Origin: Paragordius varius
Lineage: Eukaryota; Animalia; Nematomorpha
Length of the DNA stretch: 64,000 nucleotides
Assembly (NCBI GenBank): GCA_964247055.1
Contig: OZ176052.1
Coordinates: 7,316,001-7,380,000 of the forward strand
Reading direction: 5' to 3'
The position numbers and the translations under genes are program-made. Below the pieces are notes generated by a model, which saw nothing but the letters and a program-made list of their open reading frames with translations, was not told the DNA's origin and made no database searches. Below, piece by piece: positions 25,521 to 38,800 of this stretch (the stretch's first letter is position 1; each line of letters starts with the position of its first letter).

Positions 25521-26870
25521 TATTTATATATCGTAATAAATATTTATACATTATCTACCATAGTATTAATAAAACAAGCAATTTTAAAAATATACCGCAA
25601 TTTTTTTTGAAACTGGCAGTATTTCGTTTGAAATATTTTTGTAATGAAACTGGAATAAATACGACTCTTCTAATGGAAAATGTTCTGTTAATTCATTCTT
25701 TGTTTAGTTTAGACTTAGAATTTTTTATTATAAATTAGTTTAAGAAAACATTAAGGTCTGTATTATTTTTTTATAATTTATAATTATTAAAAACCCGTGG
25801 TTAAAACTAATTTATTTTGATTTTAACATATTGAACTAGTTACATGATTATAAGATTATTTTTAATTAAATCAATTTACATTGTGAAAAGTTAATTGCCC
25901 CTTAAGATTGAATGAATACGTTTAGGTTATTATACAATAACATGCGTCATATTAACAAATAAAAAGGTGTTACTAAATATATGTCCTTAACCCTTCAAAT
26001 AATATTATATTTAAAAGATTTTATCAACGTAAATAATAAAGAATTTTAACTGAATCAAAACACAATTTATAATAACGCTTATTGATGCTAAAGATAGCGA
26101 AGCAATTTGAAACGGGGTATTTGCTTTAAAAGATTTGGTATAGCATTTGATATAGATATGTAATCAACTAAATAATACCTTTTAATATTTTACCTTTTTT
26201 TATTGGGAAACATCCCATAATTTCATTCTTAATTTAGGATAAATACGGTTCTTGCATAAGCTTTAAATTATTTTAGCTTATTTTGAAAATCTATATATTT
26301 ACCATAAATATTGTAATAATATAACAGATAATTTATTACATATGGTATATATATGTATGTATTGACAATAAGAATCAATTAATTTAGTAAATTATAAAGC
26401 AATAAAAAATGTTTTTTTTTCAAAAGCGTGAGTAAAAAAATATAAAAAGGCGAAATATAGTGCTAAAATACTGATAGAAAGGACGGTAAAGAATTTACAT
26501 ATCACATTGTAAATGAATGATTTGTTGATTAAACGTTAAAGCTGTATCAATAAGTTAGTTGCATAGAAATTTTGGTGGATTACATATAAATATATCTGGG
26601 TTTGTCAAAACCTATTTTAGAAGGATAAAACAAAAAGGCATTTAGTTTTTGGTAGGCGCGAAAATGTAGGACGAATTTCGTAAAATAAATAAACCATGAT
26701 TAAATTTGTAATTTCATATACATCGTATAAAATGATTGAAAACTAAAGTCTTATATAGTAATAAAACAGAGCAAAAAAACAAATATATAAGTAAGTATTT
26801 TCGGAAAACGCAAAAAATTTAAAGAATGTCCATCTACAAAACCATACATACATAACTTATAAGATATCAT

Positions 26871-29800
26871 CTATAAATCAGTTTCGCCATATAAAGCCGC
26901 AGAAAATGAATGGTAATCCAGGTATATAGTCGTGCTTGTAGTTATATGATTTGAAATATTTAGCTGAGAAATTGGAGAAAATCGGGTCGGAGACAATGTG
27001 GAGGAAGAATTATTTAATCCGATAGTATTGGCAGATTGGGGTGTTGAACGGCCCCCACCACCATTTAACGTTGGGACAGTTCCCTTATAAGTATTCATGC
27101 GTTTGATACAGTATTCAGCATATTCGGATGGGAGTTCACGTCTCAACTCATCGATCGTTATGTAAGGCTAATTATTTACATAAGTTGAAATTATACGGAC
27201 AAAAACGTAAAAATACGAATACCGCTGTATTTTTTAAAACCTTAGTTTTATCCTATTAAATTAATTTAACCATTCATTATGTTACCAATGTACATCTATT
27301 TTATGCCAGTTTAAACCAATGAGTCATATTTGAAGTATGGTTGTCTTTTAGAAAATAATATCTCTATATTTTTTCATTTTTTCCGTATAATTTGCAATTT
27401 GCGTATATATAAAAAGAATAAAATGGCAAAATAAATTAGTTTTATATATGTCTGTAATGGATTTTAAGGATAATTATGTTAAACTTAATAATAAATGTAT
27501 GAATGTTTGATAATGCCGGGCTTGTAACCATGACCATTAAAATATGCCTTGTTTATAAATGTATTATAAAACAGTTCAAATTAATTGAAAAAGATCCTGA
27601 TCCTAATTACACCTTTCGTTACCAGGTTAACCAATAAAATATTTCATATAAAGCATTCAAAATGTAACCTTATCTCCTGCGAGCGTTTTGAATGAAGCTA
27701 TAATTTGATCGGAAGTATCTAGATCAGTATTTTCACGCGTCATAAAATCCAAAAATGATTCAAATGTAACCTGACCCGTGTTGTTAGGATCAACGACGCT
27801 CATTATACGTTTAAAATCCGCATCACCCTAAAAATATCGAATAATATGAATTATAAATAATCATCATTATTGAATGGATTAACACATAAAAATGGTTAAT
27901 TAAAAGAATAAAAATACTTGTTTATCCTCACGAATACTGTAGCCCAGAGAAATGAGGCAGGATTTAAAATCTTTGGGATCCAAAATACCGGTATGATTTT
28001 TGTCAAAATGCGTGAATGACATTTTAAATTCGTTAAGCTGATCTTGACTAATACCCTTAGAGTCACGGGTTAAAATCTGCAAAAAATATAAGATTTAAAA
28101 TTTTGCATATTCATGATAAAGCCAAAAAGCTCAAAAATCAACCTGGTTTTCAACTTCATTGATATGACGAGATAAAGCTGTTTGAAGTTGTTCCCAACCA
28201 ACTCGGATAGTTTCCATTGTGTATCGGGTATAAGGATTTTCAAATATTAATGCCTCTTGTAATTCCTATTTATCAATATAGTTATATCGTGAAGAAAATA
28301 ATTATTAAAGTCTTCGAAATAAATTTTTGGAATGATATTTGTATATTCTATGGTTATAAAGTGTTAAGATATCAGTTATTAATAATATAATTTTGCGTTT
28401 TATAGTTATAATTCGGAGTAAACAACTACTAACGTTAAATAATTGGTGTTTCATTTTTAAAATAGAACCCGACTTTTTTTACAATGTTTAGAAGTAAAGG
28501 TTAAATATATCGTTAAAACCAACCGGTTTCTTATAGAAGAGTGATCTTAAAAAATGGTGATATAAGGGTTTTTAATAAAAAAATTGGCACAAAATATGTT
28601 GGCGGCCTCTAAAATTATTCAAAGATAAATGGTGCAGCCACTCAAATTGTTTTAGTACTTCATTATATTTTTCCAACTCATCCATATGAGGTTTATAATG
28701 GGCGACAGCAGTTTGGACACTATGTAAACGATTCAATTGTTCTTCCAATGAGCTAAAACAATAAGTTTATTTATATTATATATTACAATTACCAAAAAAA
28801 TACAATGAAATATCATACTTGCTATGTCCAGATTGTTGTTTTGGCATCAATGATAAATTATGATATAAAAAATAAAGATATATTTTATACAATGTCTATA
28901 TAATCTTAATTTTTTAATAGTCATATTAACATCAAGAGTGTCCTTCACTTCAAGTTGGTCCTTAAACACTTCAAGTTGGTCCTTGAACATCAAGTTGGTC
29001 CTCGAACATCAAGTTGGTCCTTGAACACTTCAAATGGTCCTTGAACATTTCAAGTTGGTCTTTCAACTTTTTTATTCTTTTTATTTTATAAATCAAACCG
29101 TGTATCATTCATATATTTTATTATTTTAACATCTTAATTTAACCAAACTTTTAAATCAATATCACAGAAACCGTACATCTTTAATAAGTTCATAAAATAC
29201 ATTAATGTTAATAAGATATAAACATGTAATTTTAAAAAATATATGTTTTCTGGGTTATTAAATACAATTTTTCGTTGTCTACATTTATTATATAATTTTG
29301 TTGAATTAATAGTTTGAAACTAAAAATTCGTAAAAAATATTTTAAATAAATATATAAGAAATCAATTAGGTTAAAAAAATAATGAAATTCATGGAAAAAT
29401 TATGGTTAAACTTAAAAAATTTAAGGATCAGCTTGAAAAATTTAAGGACCAACTTGAAGTGTTTAAATACCAACTTGAAGTGTTAAAAGACCAATTTGAA
29501 ATGTTCAAAAACCAACTTGATGTCAAGAACACTCTTGAAGTACAAATGGTATATTGCGTAAAACTAAGATTTAAAAAAGCATCCACTTTCAAAAACTTAA
29601 AAGAATGCCGGAAGTAAAAAAGTATGTGATTCTTAAGATATGCATTCCATACCTATGCGTTTGTAGAGCTATATTAGTTACAGTATCAAGTTGACCCTCG
29701 ACCCAGGGTCCAACCACGTTAGCCTTTTCGGCAAATTGATGTCTCAATCTTTGATGCGATTGTTGTTTTAACAACTCTTTCTGCAATGTGGCATCGCGTA

Positions 29801-32800
29801 AAGGTACAAGACGTTTAACCTCTTCCCATTTCTCTTTGATACACTGTAGTATTGGAACATTATAAAATATATACAGGAGATAAAATAAAAAATATGATTT
29901 GTTAATGGAACTTTGATAGTTCTTAACATAAATAAAAATATCCAACCCTTTTTATCTTATCAGTGATAAAGTTTTAAATATAGATTTGAATCATATATAT
30001 GCGTTAAAAAGCGTTGGAAATACATCCGTATTTTTAACCTCCAATACAACAGCATGGATGCAATGATAACTGTTATAATGATTCTGGGCCAGAATATACA
30101 GTTAAAACAAATTTTTTTAAAATGATAACTTATATGAAAAACCTCTCATAATTTGATTACCATTTTTGCAAAAAAAACCATTTTTAATCGGTTTAACAAT
30201 ATTTTACATTATAAATTCACTAATTTATTGGGTTAATTTGTTACTTACATTGGGATTTATAGTAGAGTAGGGATTTTGTATGGCACTTTGCATAGGCATA
30301 TTGTGTTTTGTAACATGTTGACAAAGAGATTCCCAAATACTCAAAATGGAAAGGCACTCATCCTCGGCCGTTTTCAAATTGTTTTTAAAGTACTCATGAG
30401 CATCAATTAAACTCTGTCATTGGAACATGTTAAAAAAGCAAACTTTATGAACTATGATAAAAAATTTGGCATATGATCTGAAAAAAAAGTATTGCATTTT
30501 TCATGGCTAAACTCCACACAATAAATATATTTAAAAATAATTATCGACTTATGATCATACTAATGAAAATTTATAATTTATGACAAATTTTGGAACTACT
30601 ATTTAAAATCATTTTAAAGCTTTTTTACATCTAGATAAAATGGCCATATTGACGTTTAATATAAAGTTTATCGTTATATATCCATTAAAAAGATGTGAAT
30701 CTTAATAATATTTCCTTCTGATAATATGTTTTTAATTTTAAGTAAAAAAAACCTGTAGTTCCTCCACTGTATGAACAAAGAGCATATCAACTAAATCCTC
30801 ACAAGCCCCATCAAGCCAATTATTAAAGGGCGCCATTTTCTTAGCTAATTCAAGATGGAATCTATCCAGCGCATCTAAAAACTGTTCCGTTTCCTATGGG
30901 AATAAATTTTTTGAAATATAAAGTTATGTAAATTCATTTAGCCAGGATATTATTTTAATCGCTTAAAATTTTATATTTATTCAAAGCTTTAAAAAGTAAA
31001 GTACTATTAATTCTTTGCCACGGTTTTGAGTAGCGTTTCCAAGAACATCCCATTTATCACATATGACTTGACAACGAGAATTTATTGAAGAGACATCAAA
31101 GTATTTTAGAGTGCTGCAGGGAAAAAATATTATGATAGCCAAACAAATGAATATATTTTAGGAAACATTATTAGAGCAGCGGCTATAAATTTGCAATACA
31201 CAAATTTTTTGTTAAACAACCGACAAAAAAAAATCTCCTAAAGTCGATTATAAATTAACACACAAAAGCACAGAAATAGATTTAAATATAACTATATATT
31301 AATTATATACTTTAATTCTTGAGCAATTGCTATGATTTGTTCAATCCGTTCTTGATGAGCTGCCAAATCAGTTTCGAAGGCTTCATGCTTTTTCTTCAAA
31401 GCCTTTTTAAATAGATAAAGAGAAAAGAAAAATGATAGCATTGCAATGAAAACGCGATAAATTTAATAGTATATAAATTACTTTAATTTCATAAAGTTTT
31501 AAGCCTTTAAGCGAAGACACAGTAGGAACTGAATCTCCGGTACCGGCTTTGGGACCTGGACCGGATGTTACGCATCTATATGATATGATAAATAAACAGT
31601 AATTTATGCATTGTAAGAAGGTTTTATAATAATGGCTACATTCAAAATTATCTATGTCATTTAATAACTTTTTAAGAATATTTTTTTGCATTCAATAATA
31701 TATTTATTTTTAATTTTAGTGTAATTCCAAATATGTAATTTAAACAAAAAATTTACAATTGAATTAACTCTAATTAAATTTTGTACTTGCATTTAAATAA
31801 AAAATTAAATGACCCATAAACCAAGAATATTTGTTACCTATGTTCATTGACTCTCCACCATTCATCGTGAAGGTTGGCTTTATGATTGAATTTCTTGACC
31901 AAATGACTCAAACGTTCAAGTCGCATAAGTTCAGAAAGAAGCCATTCTTCAAACCCTTTCTCCGCATTTTCGAGAAGGTTCCACGCCCGATTTATATCCT
32001 ATATTAACGAATAGATTATTAAAATATTAGATGTACAAACTATACAAATTTTAAATATATTGTAGAGCGTAAGTAAAGTAGCAGATCGTTCTTACAATAT
32101 AAATAGCAACTAATATTACTCCTATCTATTATAAATAAACATTAATTTATATATAAAACGAACAATGTAAAACTTATGAGAAAGCAAAACATAAAACAAT
32201 TATCAACTTCAATATTTTAAATTATATATTATTACTGTAACAGTTTTTCCAACGGTAGGAACATAAGCTGGCCTATTATTGAGCCTAAGTTTCGTTTGTA
32301 ATGTGTTAAAGAGTGTTTCTAGCGTGGCCTTTTCCTCAATCTTTGGTGGTTTTTTGTGTCGACGATATTCACGAAATTCTTCAAGTTTATCTTGACACCG
32401 TTCTAATATTTTAGTATTGTAGGAGTCTTGCAATTCTGATTTAGCGGTCGTCGCTGCACTGTTATTTCCCACAGGACTACCTCCACTCCGAACCGGTTTA
32501 GCGATATCACTATTGGTAAAATAAGTATGTGTTACTCAAATAATAGAACAAAAAAATTATATAAGGGTATAAAACTATCGATTTAGCGTAACAAAACATG
32601 AAATATATAGTAAAGACAAGCAACTAACTTGACTGGTATAGTGCGGTTTTCTAGCCAAGGGATGGTTTTGTTAATCCATTCCAAAAGATCGGATGAAAGT
32701 GTTTCATATTCCTGCATACATTGTTCATTGTCGCGATTGACTTTAAGGACCTTACAAATCCTGTTGGCTGCCGTTTCAGCCTTAACACATTCCAAAAAGT

Positions 32801-35800
32801 TATTGGTTAGAAAGTATAAAAAATCATTATTAATTTACATGCTTTAAGTATAAAAAATTAATATATTTTAGTATTTGGTAATGGTTAGATTCAAAATATA
32901 ATTTATGAGAAATAACCGAAAATTCGTATCAACTTAAAATGACATTTCTGTATTAGTGTAATTAAATTATGTATGTGATTATTTATAAAATTAAAAAAAT
33001 GGTAAAATGTTTACATGCTTCAGTATTAATTAAAAAAAATTTAGTTAGTAATCTGTAAAACAAGCAAAAAAGCAAACTTTTTTAGCACCAGCAAAGGCAT
33101 GATAGTAGGAAGAAACGTAAGTCATAACAGCTTTTTCATCCATTCTTAATGAATTGACAATATCTATATCCCATGGTAAAAAATGTATGTTAAGACAAAA
33201 AATGCATTTTTTAGCTAATGGTTAAGTGGTTATTTTAATTTAGTATAAAATCTTACATCAAAAAAGTGAATCAGAATTTTTAATTTTTGCGGTAAAAAAT
33301 TAAAATATACAGAGTCATAAAAAGTCAAAGATTTTTTCGAATCTTATATAATTACAATCACCCCATATTCGTATTCATAAGGGATATAAAGAACATAATA
33401 AGGATCAAAATATATGGCGGTTTTAAAAAAAAAACTCTTTTGTTTTTTATATTTACACCGTATCTCCAATTTTTCTATATATAAAACAAACACGCGTGAA
33501 GCCATTATGCTAAAACAAAAAACCCATTTAGTTAAACTGCATAATAAAAACCTTGTGTGTCAATATTTGAGTCACTGCTATTTCATGCTAAAACTTATTC
33601 TATATTAAATATATTTAGTTTTCATGCTGGTTAGGTATTATCTGTTAGAGGAGGTTTTTAATATTAGCTTAATGTAGATAAAAAACTTTATGGCCCGTTG
33701 AAAAGGCGTGATAAAAACACGAGACATAAGTCATTATTGCTTTATCGTCAGGTTTTGGCATATTCATTATATCTGTGTAAAAAATTAATTTCCAAAAATA
33801 ATATGTTTATTAATTATTTTAAACACTGTTTAAACAGGGTTATTGTGAGAAAATAATTATGAAGATACCTTCGGGATCCAACATCTTAGGTATATCCAAA
33901 TGTTTTTCGGCAATATCAAATGCCATGTTCAAATTTGTCCATGGGTCATCCTATTGTGAAAATAAAAAAAATATAATTATATCAATTACATTTTCTTATA
34001 GATTTTGAACATTCTAAAATCTGAAAAGGGGGGTAGCTTAATTACAAGCAAAACCAATAATCCTAATTATTAATATGTCTCACTTCTCTAAAACATAGAA
34101 CAGCATAAATTTTTGTTAATTTATAAAAAAGATAATTTGAATTGAAAAAAGAAAAAATGCCTCATTTGTTAATAAAAAAGGAAACATTTTCGATAATGTT
34201 ATACTTTAATGTATTAATCCTTAAACATTTTTAGGAGAACAAAAATTTTAGAATATTAGATATAGGTCATCTAAATACTTTACCAATAATTTACAAGCAA
34301 ATTTTAATCCCTTCAAAAGTGCGACCCCAAATTTTTGCAAGATAAGCATCCTAATATTTGATTTTTTTCCGACTTGGAAATTATAATGTAATTTTATTAA
34401 CCCCAAGAAAAGCTTTAATATATATTAAAGTAATGTTTCATAGCCTTAACTTGATATTTCAGTTAGCTGGCCGTATAAATAAATATAAGCCAGTGTACAC
34501 TTTTTTTTTAAAAAAAATATCTTATAACCGATCTATTAACTTTAGTCCTATCCAAAGTTGACAAAAATAAGTAAAAACTATGAGATATATATATTTTTAT
34601 AATTAATAAATTAATCAATCTGATATACCTTGGAAAGTTTGTTGTAATCAATTAATTCCGGTCTATGGCGATGTATTAAGGCACAGAACGCTAAACCATC
34701 TTTAAAGCTACAACATTTATAAATAAATTTTCAAGTTATGCGTACGATGCTATATTATATATATATTGTGTATCAAAAAAGTTTTTTTAAACATTACTCT
34801 TTTTGATTCTATTTATTTCTCAATGCATAAATATATATAACTTAATCAATGGTATGATAAATTTTTTTACAAAAAATTATATTATTTGAAAAGTGGATTA
34901 AATAATAAAATTGTGTATGAAATTAAACATGTTTAATTTTAGCAGGCCATTTAAAAATTAATACTAATTAACACAGCCTTTTGAAAATTTAGGTTCAAAA
35001 GTATATTAAAGGGTAGTTAATCCATATATAATTTTACCTTAAATGGAAGTTCTGGACATTGACATTTTTGTAAGGCGCTGTTTTACGTTGACACCAAAGC
35101 AATAAACCATCTTTTGCAGTCATTTCTAAGTTTAAAAAATAAAATTGTTGAATTAATCAATAAATCATACGACAAATGTTTAAAATTAATTAAATGCATA
35201 TTCATAAATTTTTATATTTATAAATAAAATTTTGTAATTTTTAAAATTAATCAATATTTTAAATGAGTGGGGAGTGTGGGGGTTAAAAACCTTCCATTGT
35301 TATGTCTTGTATGGCAAAACGTAGAATAATGGTCCAAATCATACCCAACGTCATTTTCAAATTCCCGTCAACAATTTCTACCAATGCATGTAAAATATGT
35401 CATATAAAAGTTCAATAAGAATTTAATACATGAATGCCAGAAAAATAAAAATATACAAAATTACAATTATAGGTGATATACAGTATAATTAATAATACAT
35501 TGCTAGTTTTTCCCAAATATTTCCTAATGGCATATTTAGCGAGGATAATTATTATTGGCTAATATAGCAGTAAAAAAGCGAAAAATATAACTTACGCCAA
35601 CATAAATACCCTGTGCTGTTTATGCTATCTGGCAAAAAATAATGAAAAAAAAAAACAAGCAATATATACAAACATACACTGTATATTTGTAATATAATTT
35701 CTTTTAGTTGACAAAAATCATAAAATAATTAAATTCTACCTTCAGCACCAATGGAGACAAGTTTAACGCCCTTCATTTCTATGAATTTAAGGGCCTTATT

Positions 35801-38800
35801 AACGTTAGCAATTTTGTGGAAACGCATTTTACCCCTATCGGGTTTGGGTAATTGTTCGCCCGAAATAACTTCAAGCAAGAGCATGAGTTTAAGTCCATTC
35901 CTAAAATCCTCTTCGATATTATCAATTTGTGTGCCAGCTTTGCGTAAATGTGAGTTACACCAAGCCGTAAAGGTCTAATTTTATAATGTTAGTATAATAA
36001 AAAATGTGGAAAAAATTAATTAAGTTAGTTTAATTTAACATTAATTATAACTTTATTAATAAAATAATAATTGGCATTTAGTTAAATTAAAAGACAACTC
36101 CAAATAAAACATTTTTTTATTGAAATATTTCAAGATTTAAGGAAGTGGGCAGAACATTGAATAATTTTAATCTCGATTTAAAGATAATCTTTATCTTAAT
36201 TTTAAAATTTTTACACGAAAATAATTAATTTCGGAAGCCCTCGCATTTTTTTTAGTTTATTAAATCTGAGATAAACTGAGGAGTAATTCACAACATTCAT
36301 TGTAAAAACCATATTGATCATAAAAAAATAAGTTTAAGGAGTTTGAAAAGATATATCTGCAATCATACGATGCGGTTCCTAAGTTTTTTGTTCAAAGATT
36401 GAATAAATTTGTAACTTATATATATTAATTATTTGATGAAACAGATACAAGATATCTGCCTTAAAACGATATTCAATCCCATTTTATATAGCATGTTATA
36501 ATTAATTAAAATATCTGTTTTGCTTTAAAAGTTTTGAAAAAGCGGCAAAAAATCTGTTTTCAAGATTTTACAGATCAGATTTAAATTAAAACATGTTTTC
36601 TTCCTTTATATAGAGAAAAAAATAACTTAATATAAATGTTGAATATAATAATTGCGATTTATAAGTTAAACATCGGAATATGTATTTAAAATTGAAAAAA
36701 CCAAAAAATTTAGTAAAGTAGCATATAGATTTTTCAACACAACAACATATTTTGAGTGCTGATAAAAAAAGAGTTATGATAAAAATATTTATAAAATACG
36801 TATTTTTGTTTCTCTAAACACCCCCTCATGGCCCCAACTGTGGGTGATTATTCAGGCTAATAACCGCATCATGACCCTTTTTTTTTGAATTATAGATTAT
36901 TTTAAACTTATTTTCCTATTTTAATATTCGGTTATATTACAATATTTTAATATGGTTCTAAAAATATTTTTTAATTTTAATTTGTCTACCATTTTTGGAT
37001 CGTTATGAGGGTTTCTCAAGGCCGACAAACTTGAAAAGTATACTTATTTAGGACGATTATAACTTAAAAACTAATAGCTTATTCAAAAAATTTAAAAAGT
37101 GCATGATGATCAACCTATCCTATTAGTTTATTAGGCGCTGTTTATGTTAAAAAAACTTATTATAAAGGGGTGGGGGTAATTATAGGGGGGGTATATGCGT
37201 TAAATCAGTGATACTCAAACCACGGCCCTAAAAGTGCTTAATCATGACGACCCTATATTATTTATAGTTTTTTACTTAATTTGAGTATAATGTTTGCTAG
37301 TGTATCAAACAGATATGAATTTTTAACAGTATTATATGGATAAATATTTTTTGCGACCCTAAATTATTTATAGTTTTTTTGGTGAATACCATTGCATTAA
37401 ATAGGCTTAAATGATATAGTATGGATATATAACATAGGTTTACACGGCTGACACATATGGCAATATAGTTAGAAGCGAAACGACGGGCCCACGGTTCAAA
37501 AGGAGTTATTATTTTTGCATTACGTTTTTAATTTTCGGCACCGTTTTTTGGCCAGGGGATTTTGCATATCAGATTACAATTAAGAAGAAGCGAAATAAGA
37601 AACTATATCATCCTATACATTTTTATTTACAACGGTCGGTAATTTTTCGGGTAAAACCTTAAAATTCTTAAAAATTGATGTATACCATTTCCCAGTCTAA
37701 ATAAACGTTTTCCCAGTCAATCGAAACATTTTCCCAATCAATCGAAACGTTTTCCCAGTCAATCGAAACATTTTCCCAGTCAATCGAAACGTTTTCCCAG
37801 TCAATAGAAACATTTTCCCAGTCAATAAAAACATTTTCCCAATCAATAAAAACGTTTTCCCAATCAATAAAAACGTTTTCCCAGTCAATAAAAACGGTTT
37901 TATTTTTGATGATAAATATCAAAACAAGAATATAAAAACACCTTTTAACCATTATTAGCGTAATATTAGGATATAATTTTTTATAAAAACACAATTATTG
38001 AATGACAATTTTTCCAAGTATATTCCTGTGCACAATCATTAATAATTTATTCTTTAAATATTATATTTTTGGAATTTGAGTTAAGATAATATTTTTTATT
38101 TTATCGATAGTCCGCATTAATATTTGCGGAACGCTTCAGAATAGTTTTTAAATATCTCCGGTTTGTCGATAAATATACTGTCGGAAAAAAATCTTAACGA
38201 AAATTTTTTTGATAAAAATGTTTTTGAGCTAAAAATATTTAATAAAAAGGATATTTTACTAAAACAAGGGTGTCCAACTAAATGCTTTCGCGGGCCGCAT
38301 CTTTAACTCAAAAAGCACACGGTTTTCCATTCGAAATATATACGGGCATTCACATAATTTTATAAGACTGCAAAATACAAACACAATATAACAATTTTTT
38401 ACCAATTTAATAGACCCATTCATAATAATACGTAAGAAATATGATTATTACTAAGATTTTGTGGGCATATTTTTGCATATGGTTTTCCAAATTTTTCGCG
38501 GGCCGCACAAAGATTATCAGAAGGCAGCGTTGGGCCTCCAATGAAATAAATTATAAATATTAAAAAAACTTGGCGTAAAGTTTATGTTTAGATCCAATAA
38601 AGTGTTAAATGACTTTGTGATAAAAATGGTATATTTTTATAAATTTTATTATTTAATCCGTAAGTATGATTTTATATTTCAGCCGCATATATAAATGCGT
38701 ATATAAAATAAAAAATATTATCTTAACTCAAATTCCAAAAATATAATATTTAAAGAATAAATCATTAATGATTGTGCACAGGAATATACTTGGAAAAATT

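Noticed and set aside
29402-29617. Heptad-repeat (KFKDQLE) coiled-coil-like ORF
   Set aside because: It is the 21-bp-repeat arm of an intronic foldback element, and its inverted partner is at 28929-29070.
37668-37994. ORFs with FIDWENV / GKTFLLI repeats
   Set aside because: These are translations of the 21-bp subrepeats of a foldback TIR. They lie in an alpha-actinin intron and are open only because the unit is a multiple of 3.
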